Shown here piece by piece: positions 1 through 7,679 of a stretch of 44,564 nucleotides of DNA. The translations under genes were made by a program, and so were the position numbers. The notes below the pieces were generated by a model that had not been told where the DNA came from, ran no database searches, and was given only the letters and a program-made list of their open reading frames with translations. The stretch lies in contig CAAHEJ010000025.1 in NCBI GenBank assembly GCA_900772495.1, positions 1 to 44,564 on the forward strand. The letters are read 5' to 3'. Each line of letters begins with the position of its first letter. The stretch's first letter is position 1. The stretch comes from an uncultured Campylobacter sp. (GTDB taxonomy: Bacteria; Campylobacterota; Campylobacteria; Campylobacterales; Campylobacteraceae).

Positions 1-146
1 AATCCGCCACTTTGGAGATGTCAAACGCTGACTTATCACTATCTCTAACCAACCTTATAGTGATACAAAGAGGCTATCAAGCCAACTCTAAAACCATCAC
101 CACAAGCGACACAATGCTAAACACCTTGCTGCAACTTAAACAATAG
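1..146 (+). CDS. flgE: Flagellar hook protein, C-terminal end (partial; gene begins before the window)
   Basis: Frame from nt 3 reads [47 protein letters not shown], the conserved hook/rod C-terminal LExSNVDL...QRxYQANSK motif. Not in the ORF track. Confidence 0.9.
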   Translation, partial: SATLEMSNADLSLSLTNLIVIQRGYQANSKTITTSDTMLNTLLQLKQ

Positions 147-155
147 CGACTAGAT

Positions 156-180
156 AAAGGGCGAAACCGCCCTTTGTTTG
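156..180 (+). terminator. Probable intrinsic terminator of flgE
   Basis: Hairpin AAAGGGCG-AAAC-CGCCCTTT followed by GTTTG, starting 10 nt after the stop codon. Confidence 0.7.
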
Positions 181-213
181 TCATACTGAGCGCAGCGAAG
201 TATCCATAAATTT
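179..213 (+). repeat. TGTCAT-tagged REP-like palindromic repeat
   Basis: TGTCATACTGAGCGCAGCGAAGTATCCATAAATTT. The reverse complement of 4970-5005 is the same apart from one extra base. Confidence 0.85.
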
Positions 214-239
214 AGAGCTTTTTTGTAGGGACTTTTAGA

Positions 240-352
240 GAAAACAAAGCGTAAAAACGAAAGAGACAATTTAGCCCGAGCGAAAAAACGCCTTGCGTTT
301 AAGTTTCGCTCGTGGATAACTCTTGTCGATAGAGTTTTAAAGCTTTGTTTTC
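240..352. repeat. Structured repeat, copy 1 (hairpin with bulge, enclosed by an 11-bp long-range stem)
   Basis: 241-313 matches 3340-3415. Stem is CGAGCGAAA/TTTCGCTCG with inner AAACGC-CTT-GCGTTT. GAAAACAAAGC (240-250) pairs with GCTTTGTTTTC (342-352). Confidence 0.8.
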
Positions 353-435
353 GCATTTAAATATGTGATGAAATTTTATGTGGCGCGGTTTAATTTTAGC
401 TTTGTGCTATTTACGGCTTTGTTGTCTTTGCAAGG

Positions 436-465
436 TGCTATAAAACAACAAAGCATTTTATAGCA
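436..465. terminator. Inverted repeat downstream of infC, possible terminator
   Basis: TGCTATAAAA-N10-TTTTATAGCA. Confidence 0.4.
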
Positions 466-498
466 AGAAAAAAGTGTAAGCGGTTGTTTGCTTTAAAA

Positions 499-1017
499 CT
501 ACCCTTTCTTCGGCGTTACAAGCATATTGACATAGCGTCCTTCAAAATTTGGCTCTTTTTCGCGGCTTGCCTTGTCTTCTATGCTTTGCCATACCTTTTC
601 AAGTAGTGCTACGCCTGCGCTCGGATTTTGCATCTCGCGTCCCTTTAAAAACACGCGAAATTTCACAAATTTGCCCTGCTCTAAAAACTCCAAAGCGTGG
701 CGAACCTTGTAGTTTATGTCATTTTGCGCGATTTTAACTGAGAGCTTGATTTCCTTAATGTCGATAACCTTTTGCTTTTTTTTCGCTTCTTTTTGCTTTT
801 TTTCCTGCTGATAGCGAAATTTGCCAAAGTCCATCACCTTTGCCACAGGCGGCTTTGCCTCAGGGGCGATTAAAACCAAATCAAGCCCCTTGCTGCTTGC
901 TAGCTTTAAAGCCTCATCGCGACTTAAAATCCCAAAAGCCTCGCCGTCATCGCCTATGCAGCGAAGCTCCCTCGCTCGTATTTCTTCGTTGAGCAGCACT
1001 TCTTTATCCCTACTCAA
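499..1017 (-). CDS. infC: Translation initiation factor IF-3
   Basis: [39 protein letters not shown] and FLKGRE motifs. TTG start overlaps the thrS stop (TTGA). Confidence 0.97.
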   Translation of the reverse strand: MSRDKEVLLNEEIRARELRCIGDDGEAFGILSRDEALKLASSKGLDLVLIAPEAKPPVAKVMDFGKFRYQQEKKQKEAKKKQKVIDIKEIKLSVKIAQNDINYKVRHALEFLEQGKFVKFRVFLKGREMQNPSAGVALLEKVWQSIEDKASREKEPNFEGRYVNMLVTPKKG

Positions 1018-3065
1018 AAACGCACCTCATTTAGTTTGTCCTTTACAAAATTTAAAAACTCTTTCAAAGAAAGGTTTTTTTGTATTTTAGCCCTGCGGTC
1101 GCGCAAGGCAACGCTTTTTTGCGAAAGCTCCTCATCGCCCAAAACGATAATCATCGGCAGCCTTTGCTGCTCGGCGGTGCGGATTTTCTTACTCAAACTC
1201 TCATTTTTATCATAAATTTCACTATCTATACCCAAATTTAAAAGCTCAGCACAAATTTCTTTGGCGTAGTTTTGATGAGCTTCGCTTATAGGCACAATCC
1301 CCACTTGCGTAGGCGCGATGAAAAATGGAAATTCCCCAGCGCAATGCTCTGTTAAAATGCCGATAAAGCGCTCAAAGCTACCTAAAATCGCTCTGTGAAG
1401 CATTACGGGGCGTTGTTTGGTGTTATCATTTGTGGTGTATTCAAGTTCAAAGCGTTCGGGCAGGTTAAAATCCACTTGTATAGTCCCGCACTGCCATTTG
1501 CGCTTTAAGGCGTCTGTGATTTTAATGTCTATCTTTGGTCCATAAAAAGCCCCGCCGCCCTCATCAATGCCGTATTTAAGCCCTTGTTCGTCCAAAGCCT
1601 CTTTTAAAGCCCTTGTGGCGTTGTCCCAAATTTCATCATTTCCTATGGCTTTTTCAGGCTTTGTAGAGATTTCCATTTCATACTCAAAGTCAAAGGCGCG
1701 CATTAGCGAGCTAACAAAGTCTAAAATTTCAAGCACAAGCGGTTTGATTTGGCTTGGCATACAAAAGATATGCGCATCATCTTGTGTGAATTCACGCACG
1801 CGAAACAGCCCGTGCAAAACCCCGCTTTTTTCGTGGCGATGCACCACGCCATACTCAAAATACTTTATCGGCAAATCCCTATAACTTCGCACTTCGCTTT
1901 GATAAATTTTTATGTGTCCTACGCAGTTCATCGGCTTTATGCCATACTCTTGCTCATCAATTTGCGTAAAATACATATTTTCTTTGTAGTTTGCGTAGTG
2001 TCCGCTGATTTTCCACGCCTCAGCTTTGAGGATTTCAGGTCCGCGAACAGGCTCATAGCCCCGAATTCTATGGACTTTATACAAGATATGCTCTAATTTT
2101 GAGCGCATTCTAGCCCCGTTACTCAGCCAAAGCGGCAAGCCTCCGCCGATTTGCTCGTCAAAATGAAAGAGTTTGAGCTGTGTGCCAAGTTTGCGGTGGT
2201 CGCGTTTTTTCGCCTCTTCTAAAATGCGTAAATGCTCTTTTAAGCTCTCTTTGTCCGCAAAGGCTGTGCCGTAAATGCGCGTGAGCATTTCTCTTTTTTC
2301 ATCGCCGCCCAAATAAGCCCCAGCAATGCGCGTGAGCTTGAAAAACTGCAAGAATTTGGTATTTGGCAAATGCGGACCGCGACACAAGTCCTCAAATTCG
2401 CCTTGCTTATAAATGCCAACCTTGCCCTGCGGTATCCTTAAAAGCACCTCTTGCTTTAAATCATCATCTTTAAATTTAGCCACTGCCTCGCTTTTGTCAA
2501 GCTCATAACGCGAAATTTCAAGCCCAGCCTTTGCAAATTCTTTCATCTTTGCTTCTATCTTTGGCAAATCCTCATCACTTAACTTTTCACTCACGCGAAA
2601 ATCATAATAAAAGCCGTCCTCGATGACGGGACCAACGAAAAATTTAGCCTCAGGATAAAGGGCTTTTATCGCTTGTGCCATAAGGTGCGCACAGCTGTGG
2701 CGCAGCACTTCTAGGCATTCTTGTGAGCCGTCAAAGTAAATGGGGCTTAAATTTTGGGCGTTTAGCCCGTCTTGTGTGCTTGTAGCGCACGAGTTTTCAG
2801 CGTGTGCGTTTTTTAAAGTGTCGTTTTGAGCTGAATTTGTGGTGTTTTTTGATGAGCTTTTGCATTGTAAGGTTTGTTTTGCCGAACTTTTATCGCACTC
2901 ATCACTTTGTGAATGCTCTTTAACAGAGCCTTGCGTGCTTTGTGAGTTTGTTTGCTTTGAATTTAAGGCGTTTGTGGCTAAGTTTTCGCCTACAATGCCT
3001 AAATTTACGCTTTGCGTGTCAAATACTTGTCCGTTTGCGCCCTTGTAGGCGATAAGCTCTTTCAG
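1014..3065 (-). CDS. thrS: Threonine--tRNA ligase; probable true start is CTG at 3065 (683 aa), not GTG at 2708
   Basis: [37 protein letters not shown] motifs. The frame stays open upstream to TGA at 3132-3134 and reads [20 protein letters not shown]...[23 protein letters not shown] lies 7 nt before the CTG. Confidence 0.93.
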   Translation of the reverse strand: MKELIAYKGANGQVFDTQSVNLGIVGENLATNALNSKQTNSQSTQGSVKEHSQSDECDKSSAKQTLQCKSSSKNTTNSAQNDTLKNAHAENSCATSTQDGLNAQNLSPIYFDGSQECLEVLRHSCAHLMAQAIKALYPEAKFFVGPVIEDGFYYDFRVSEKLSDEDLPKIEAKMKEFAKAGLEISRYELDKSEAVAKFKDDDLKQEVLLRIPQGKVGIYKQGEFEDLCRGPHLPNTKFLQFFKLTRIAGAYLGGDEKREMLTRIYGTAFADKESLKEHLRILEEAKKRDHRKLGTQLKLFHFDEQIGGGLPLWLSNGARMRSKLEHILYKVHRIRGYEPVRGPEILKAEAWKISGHYANYKENMYFTQIDEQEYGIKPMNCVGHIKIYQSEVRSYRDLPIKYFEYGVVHRHEKSGVLHGLFRVREFTQDDAHIFCMPSQIKPLVLEILDFVSSLMRAFDFEYEMEISTKPEKAIGNDEIWDNATRALKEALDEQGLKYGIDEGGGAFYGPKIDIKITDALKRKWQCGTIQVDFNLPERFELEYTTNDNTKQRPVMLHRAILGSFERFIGILTEHCAGEFPFFIAPTQVGIVPISEAHQNYAKEICAELLNLGIDSEIYDKNESLSKKIRTAEQQRLPMIIVLGDEELSQKSVALRDRRAKIQKNLSLKEFLNFVKDKLNEVRF

Positions 3066-3277
3066 TGTCTTGCCTTTGATAAAGATTTCAAGCCCTTTTC
3101 CTTTGTCAAATTTTCGTGTAATTGTAGCTTGTCAAACTTAATTTACCTTGAATTTTAGCATTTTTTTGCAAAAAAGCTTGAAATTTTTGCAGATTTTTGC
3201 TTTTTTGTCAAATTTTTTGTGAAATTTGGCTGAATTTCGCCCTTAAAATCAAATTTTACACAAAATTTTACGCATTT

Positions 3278-3315
3278 TGTCCTTGCGAGCCTTTACAAAA
3301 TGGCGTGGCAAGCCA
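3278..3315 (+). repeat. REP/RPE-like palindromic repeat (GTCxTTGCGAG...CGTGGCAA subtype)
   Basis: TGTCCTTGCGAGCCTTTACAAAATGGCGTGGCAAGCCA, same architecture as the other TGTCAT copies. Confidence 0.6.
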
Positions 3316-3339
3316 TAGAAAAAAGCAATCTTTGCCACA

Positions 3340-3415
3340 AAAACAAAGCGCAAAAGCGAAAGAGACAATTTAGCCCGAGCGAAAGATTTGCGAAAGCAAA
3401 TCAAGTTTCGCTCGT
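3340..3415. repeat. Structured repeat, copy 2
   Basis: AAAACAAAGCGCAAAAGCGAAAGAGACAATTTAGCCCGAGCGAAA-GATTTGC-GAAA-GCAAATC-AAGTTTCGCTCGT, a direct repeat of 241-313. Confidence 0.85.
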
Positions 3416-3427
3416 TAAGTTAAGCCC

Positions 3428-4600
3428 CTAAAAGCTAAATCCGCCGCCAAGCGTGATGGCAAAGTAGCGTGGATAGCTCGTGTTTTCTACCTTTGAAGTC
3501 TTTGTCGCCACAGCCGCGCCTATGTCCAAAAAGCCAAAACCAAGCCCGAGTGATAAAATCGCCCCGTTATCTTGTCGCAAGTCCTTTGCCACGCCAGCCC
3601 TTGCGCCGAAAAACATCATATCCACAGCCGCGCCTATGCCGATTTTTTGCGAAGTTTGTTTTTTCGCTTCATCGCTCGCGCTGATAAGCTCGTTGTTCGT
3701 CAAATCAATGTCCCCAGCGATACTCACTATCTCGCCCAGCTCCCACGCTGCGCCAAGTCTAGCTTGCGGTTTGATTTTCAGCTCGCCGTTTTCGCCGAAT
3801 TTAAACTTTGGCGCGTTAAGATTTTTCGCGCTCAAACCCACGCTCAACCCCAAATCCATAGGGCTATACACCACGCCTAAATCCAAGCCCACATTGCTCG
3901 CACTTGTCGCGCCTGAGCCTTTGAGCGTATCTTTGACTTCGTTTAAAACATCATCTTGGCTGTCAGTAACGCCCAAAGGCTTGTTAGTGAGCTTGCTCGA
4001 TGCGTTCATAAATTTCACCGCCACACCAAGGCTTACTTGCCCGATGGGCGTTTCATTTGAGATGGCATAAGAAACGGGGATTTCCATAATATCAACACGG
4101 CGCATATTGAGTGTAACGGGTTTTATCGCGCCCGTTGCAATGCTAATAGCCTCGCCTATGTTAGTAGGCACTTTCAGCTCGCCCGTGAAATTTCCTACCG
4201 CATACACACTTTGCGCAAAGCCAACAGAAAGCTGCCCGTAAGGCAAAATGTCAGGGAGCTTAAACGCTACCGCACCGCTTAACTTGATATTGACAAAGTT
4301 GTCTTTCAGCAACTCGTTAAACGCCCCTATGTCCTCATAGCGCACTTTGTTTAAGTCGTAGTTGAAAACTTGGAGTATGTTTTTCTCCGCAAAAGAGCCA
4401 TTTAGCCCGTATCCTAGCCGTGTGGCAGGGCTTGCCGCGCTTAATGCGGGGTTGTAGAAAATCGCGTAGGGGTTGTTTTTAAGCGCCACGCCCGTGCTGC
4501 CCATAGACAGCGACTTGTGTCCTAGCTCGCTAAACTCCAAAGCAGGCGCGCTTGCCACGCACAAAGCCGCCGCCAGAGTGAGTTTGTGTAGAGTTTTCAT
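3428..4600 (-). CDS. TraF-like outer-membrane beta-barrel protein
   Basis: Start at MKTLHKL (AGGA SD) with a signal peptide. SLSMGSTGVA..NPYAIFYNPA motif, NLNAPKF, PQARLG, C-terminal FSF. Confidence 0.75.
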   Translation of the reverse strand: MKTLHKLTLAAALCVASAPALEFSELGHKSLSMGSTGVALKNNPYAIFYNPALSAASPATRLGYGLNGSFAEKNILQVFNYDLNKVRYEDIGAFNELLKDNFVNIKLSGAVAFKLPDILPYGQLSVGFAQSVYAVGNFTGELKVPTNIGEAISIATGAIKPVTLNMRRVDIMEIPVSYAISNETPIGQVSLGVAVKFMNASSKLTNKPLGVTDSQDDVLNEVKDTLKGSGATSASNVGLDLGVVYSPMDLGLSVGLSAKNLNAPKFKFGENGELKIKPQARLGAAWELGEIVSIAGDIDLTNNELISASDEAKKQTSQKIGIGAAVDMMFFGARAGVAKDLRQDNGAILSLGLGFGFLDIGAAVATKTSKVENTSYPRYFAITLGGGFSF

Positions 4601-4889
4601 CGTGTATCCTTGTGTTGAATTTAAGGCATTGTAGCGAAATATAGTAAATTTTTGGCTTAAATTTAGTAATTTTTGCGATAAATGTAAAAATTTGTTAAAT
4701 TTAAACAAAATATAAGTAGTCAAAATGATGATTTTAAGTAAGTTTTTTCTCAAAAAGTAGTGATTGATAAGTATTAAAATCTTATTAAATCGCCGTTGTG
4801 AGCGAATTTTGCGTGTTAATTTTAAATATCATCTTTGTTTGTGCCTTGCCTCAAATTTTGCTTTGTGAAATTCTTGTAATGATGAGTTT

Positions 4890-5047
4890 TGTCATTTTGA
4901 GCTTTCGCTAGAAAGCAAAAATCCATACCACTGCTGTCATATTGAGCGTTAGCGAAATATCCACGCTTTAAATTTATGGATACTTCGCTTGCGCTCAGTA
5001 TGACAAAATTTAAGATATTTTCTTTTATTTAAAGTCAGTATGACAAA
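4890..5047. repeat. Cluster of four TGTCAT-tagged palindromic repeats (REPIN-like)
   Basis: Plus-strand copies at 4890-4925 and 4935-4963, a minus-strand copy at 4970-5005 forming an inverted pair with 4935-4963, and a degenerate minus-strand copy ending CAGTATGACAAA at 5047. Confidence 0.85.
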
Positions 5048-5081
5048 TTTAGGGCTTTGCTTGAATTTTTGCGGGGTGGAT

Positions 5082-5097
5082 TGTTTCATATGAAACA
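5082..5097. promoter_or_regulatory. parS-like centromere site
   Basis: Perfect palindrome TGTTTCATATGAAACA, compared with consensus TGTTTCACGTGAAACA. Confidence 0.8.
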
Positions 5098-5233
5098 AAA
5101 TTAAATTTTAGCAAGGCAAAAATGCAAGAATTTAAACAAAAGATGATAAAGTATGAGTGATTTACTAAAAATTTTATGTAAATAAAGACTGCAAAGTAGA
5201 TAATGATTTACTCAAAAATTCAAGTTCGCCAAA

Positions 5234-6253
5234 TCACAAGCTCAAAGCCCGTAAAAATTCAGCCCTTATGTCTCTTTGTGAGAGTATGTCGTAGGATTTA
5301 CCCCCAAATTCAAACGCCAAGCGATTTGAGTGCAGGCACAGCCTTGTCGCGCCCGTGAGCGACACTCTTTCGGCTACACTCATTTGCTTGTCTAAAATGC
5401 GGTCGATGTCCGCCTTTGTCAAGCCATACAAAGGTTCGCCCAAAATCGCAAATCCGCTTGCAAAAAGGTGCAGGCGGATTTGGTGCTGCCTGCCTGTGAG
5501 CGGGCGAGCCAGCAGCAAGGACGCGCCTTTTGAAAAATCAAAGCCCTTGCCAAGCTGAATTTCGTGCGATAAATTCAGCAAATCCTGCTCGCTAAAATAA
5601 CAAAGCCTTTTAAATTCAGTCCTTGCTTCCTTTCCGCCCTCGCTCAAAGGACAAAGCCGCATTCTCGTTTTCACCTCATCGCAAGCTGAATTCATAGGCA
5701 AATCGACACTGAATTCAAGCGGAGTTTGCCCACTCACAAGGGCTAGGTATTCCTTTTTGACAAGCCTTTTTTCAAAAAGAGTTTTGAAAATCGTTTGCGT
5801 TTTTTTGTCTTTGGCGACTAAAATCAGTCCGCTTGTCTCTCTGTCAAGCCTATGCGCCACGCCAGCTTGCGCCCCATACAAGTGCCAAATCTCATCGCAC
5901 AAGCTGTAAGCGCAGTTTCGCCCGTTTGGGTGGCTTAAAATTCCGCTTTGTTTATCAAAAACAGCAAAGTTTTGATTATCAAAAATCGGCTTTTGTCCGC
6001 GCGGAGCGTTTTCATAGCTGATAAGTTCGATTTCGCCACGCAAAATTTCATTTTTTGCGCTCACCACTTCGCCGTTGCAAAAAAGCCGTCCTTTGTCGAT
6101 GAGCCTTTGGGCTTCGCTCATCGACACGCCAAGCGCGTTCATCAGCACTTTAAACGCCCGTAAATTCGCATTTTGCGCCACATTGTCGCTAGCATTTTCG
6201 CTTGCAGCGAATTCGCTCAACAAATTTGCAATTTTAATTTTTTTATACGCCAT
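5234..6253 (-). CDS. RluA/RluD-family rRNA pseudouridine synthase
   Basis: S4-like N-terminus, HRLDRETSG catalytic motif, TGRQHQIRLH, ILGEPLYG, LCLHS. Confidence 0.93.
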   Translation of the reverse strand: MAYKKIKIANLLSEFAASENASDNVAQNANLRAFKVLMNALGVSMSEAQRLIDKGRLFCNGEVVSAKNEILRGEIELISYENAPRGQKPIFDNQNFAVFDKQSGILSHPNGRNCAYSLCDEIWHLYGAQAGVAHRLDRETSGLILVAKDKKTQTIFKTLFEKRLVKKEYLALVSGQTPLEFSVDLPMNSACDEVKTRMRLCPLSEGGKEARTEFKRLCYFSEQDLLNLSHEIQLGKGFDFSKGASLLLARPLTGRQHQIRLHLFASGFAILGEPLYGLTKADIDRILDKQMSVAERVSLTGATRLCLHSNRLAFEFGGKSYDILSQRDIRAEFLRALSL

Positions 6254-6279
6254 TTCTAACCAAATTATAAGTTTAATTT

Positions 6280-6295
6280 GAGTATAATTATACTC
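6280..6295. promoter_or_regulatory. Overlapping divergent sigma70 -10 boxes (pseudouridine synthase / purB)
   Basis: Perfect palindrome GAGTATAATTATACTC with TATAAT on both strands, lying between divergent start codons. Confidence 0.6.
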
Positions 6296-6329
6296 TATTT
6301 TTCCAAAAAACCAAAAAAAGGCTTATGAT

Positions 6330-7679
6330 ATGGTCGAACGATACAGCAGGGTTGAAATGTCGTCAAAATGGGATTTGCAAGCTAAATACAAGGCTTGGCT
6401 CAAAGTCGAGCTAGCAGCTGTTAAAGCGTGGAATGAACTAGGTTTAATCAAAAAAGACGATTGCGAAAAAATCCTAAAAAACGCTAAATTTGACATAGGG
6501 CGCATTGACGAGATAGAAAAGACGACAAAGCACGATGTCATAGCATTTCTTACGAGTGTGAGCGAAAATTTAGGCGCAGAGAGTAGGTTTTTGCACTATG
6601 GAATGACTTCAAGCGACTGCATAGACACGGCTGTGGCTTTACAAGTAAGAGATAGCCTTGATTTAATCATCATTGACACGCAAGATTTACTCAAAGCACT
6701 TGAAAAAAGGGCGTTTGAATTCAAAGACACCCTTATGGTTGGGCGTAGCCACGGCATACACGGCGAGCCGATAACCTTTGGGCTAGTGTTAGCGGTTTGG
6801 TTTGATGAGATAAAACACGCTTTAACCTTGCTTACAAACGCAAAAGAGTGTATAAGCTATGGAAAACTCAGCGGTGCGATGGGAAATTTCGCTCACGCTC
6901 CACTTGAATTTGAAGAAAAGGTTTGTAAAAATTTAGGTTTAAAGCCAGCACCCGTGTCAAATCAAATCATTCAGCGCGACAGATACGCCCAGGTCATCTC
7001 AGCCCTTGCCATTTTGGCAGCAAGTTGTGAGAAAATCGCCGTAAATATCAGGCATTTACAACGCACAGAAGTGTATGAGGCGGAGGAATTTTTTTCAAAA
7101 GGACAAAAGGGCAGTTCAGCGATGCCACACAAGCGAAACCCCGTTTTAAGCGAAAATATCACGGGGCTTTGCCGCATAATCCGCTCTTTTGTAACGCCCG
7201 CGCTTGAAAATGTCGCCCTTTGGCACGAGCGCGATATAAGCCATTCAAGTGTGGAGCGTTTTATGCTGCCTGATAGCTTTGTAACGGCTGATTTTATGCT
7301 GGTGCGGCTTACGAACTTAATCGAAAATTTACTTGTTTATCCGCAAAATATGATGAAAAATTTAAATTTAACGGGCGGTTTGGTTTTTTCACAAAGGGTG
7401 CTTTTGGAGCTACCTTTAAAGGGCATAAGCCGCGAAGATGCCTACAAAATCGTGCAGCAAAACGCGATGAAAGTGTGGGAGGATTTGCAAAAAGGCAAAG
7501 CGGGTGTGAATTCAAAGGGAGAAAGCTTGTTTTTGCAAGCCTTGCTTGATGAAAGCGCGCTCAAAGGCAAGCTAACAAGCGATGAGATAAAAGAATGCTT
7601 TGATTACAACTACTATACCAAAAATGTCGCCGCGATTTTTAGGCGCGTTTTTGAAAAGAAAGGAAAAGAGAAAAAATGA
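6330..7679 (+). CDS. purB: Adenylosuccinate lyase
   Basis: KHDVIAF, HYGMTSSD, GRSHG and GSSAMPHKRNP signature. Confidence 0.97.
   Translation: MVERYSRVEMSSKWDLQAKYKAWLKVELAAVKAWNELGLIKKDDCEKILKNAKFDIGRIDEIEKTTKHDVIAFLTSVSENLGAESRFLHYGMTSSDCIDTAVALQVRDSLDLIIIDTQDLLKALEKRAFEFKDTLMVGRSHGIHGEPITFGLVLAVWFDEIKHALTLLTNAKECISYGKLSGAMGNFAHAPLEFEEKVCKNLGLKPAPVSNQIIQRDRYAQVISALAILAASCEKIAVNIRHLQRTEVYEAEEFFSKGQKGSSAMPHKRNPVLSENITGLCRIIRSFVTPALENVALWHERDISHSSVERFMLPDSFVTADFMLVRLTNLIENLLVYPQNMMKNLNLTGGLVFSQRVLLELPLKGISREDAYKIVQQNAMKVWEDLQKGKAGVNSKGESLFLQALLDESALKGKLTSDEIKECFDYNYYTKNVAAIFRRVFEKKGKEKK

Noticed and set aside
150..356. 68-aa minus-strand ORF
   Set aside because: It is a translation of the repeat elements and terminator, with no protein-family features.
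357..498. No rpmI-rplT after infC
   Set aside because: They are also separate in C. jejuni as recalled.
3469..4070. Long antisense ORFs (e.g. 196 aa opposite the TraF-like gene; others opposite pyrG, fliF, dxs)
   Set aside because: These are shadow frames of well-supported genes with no independent coding signal.
4890..5047. Repeat cluster as a CRISPR array
   Set aside because: Copies are in mixed orientation, diverged and irregularly spaced, and there are no cas genes.
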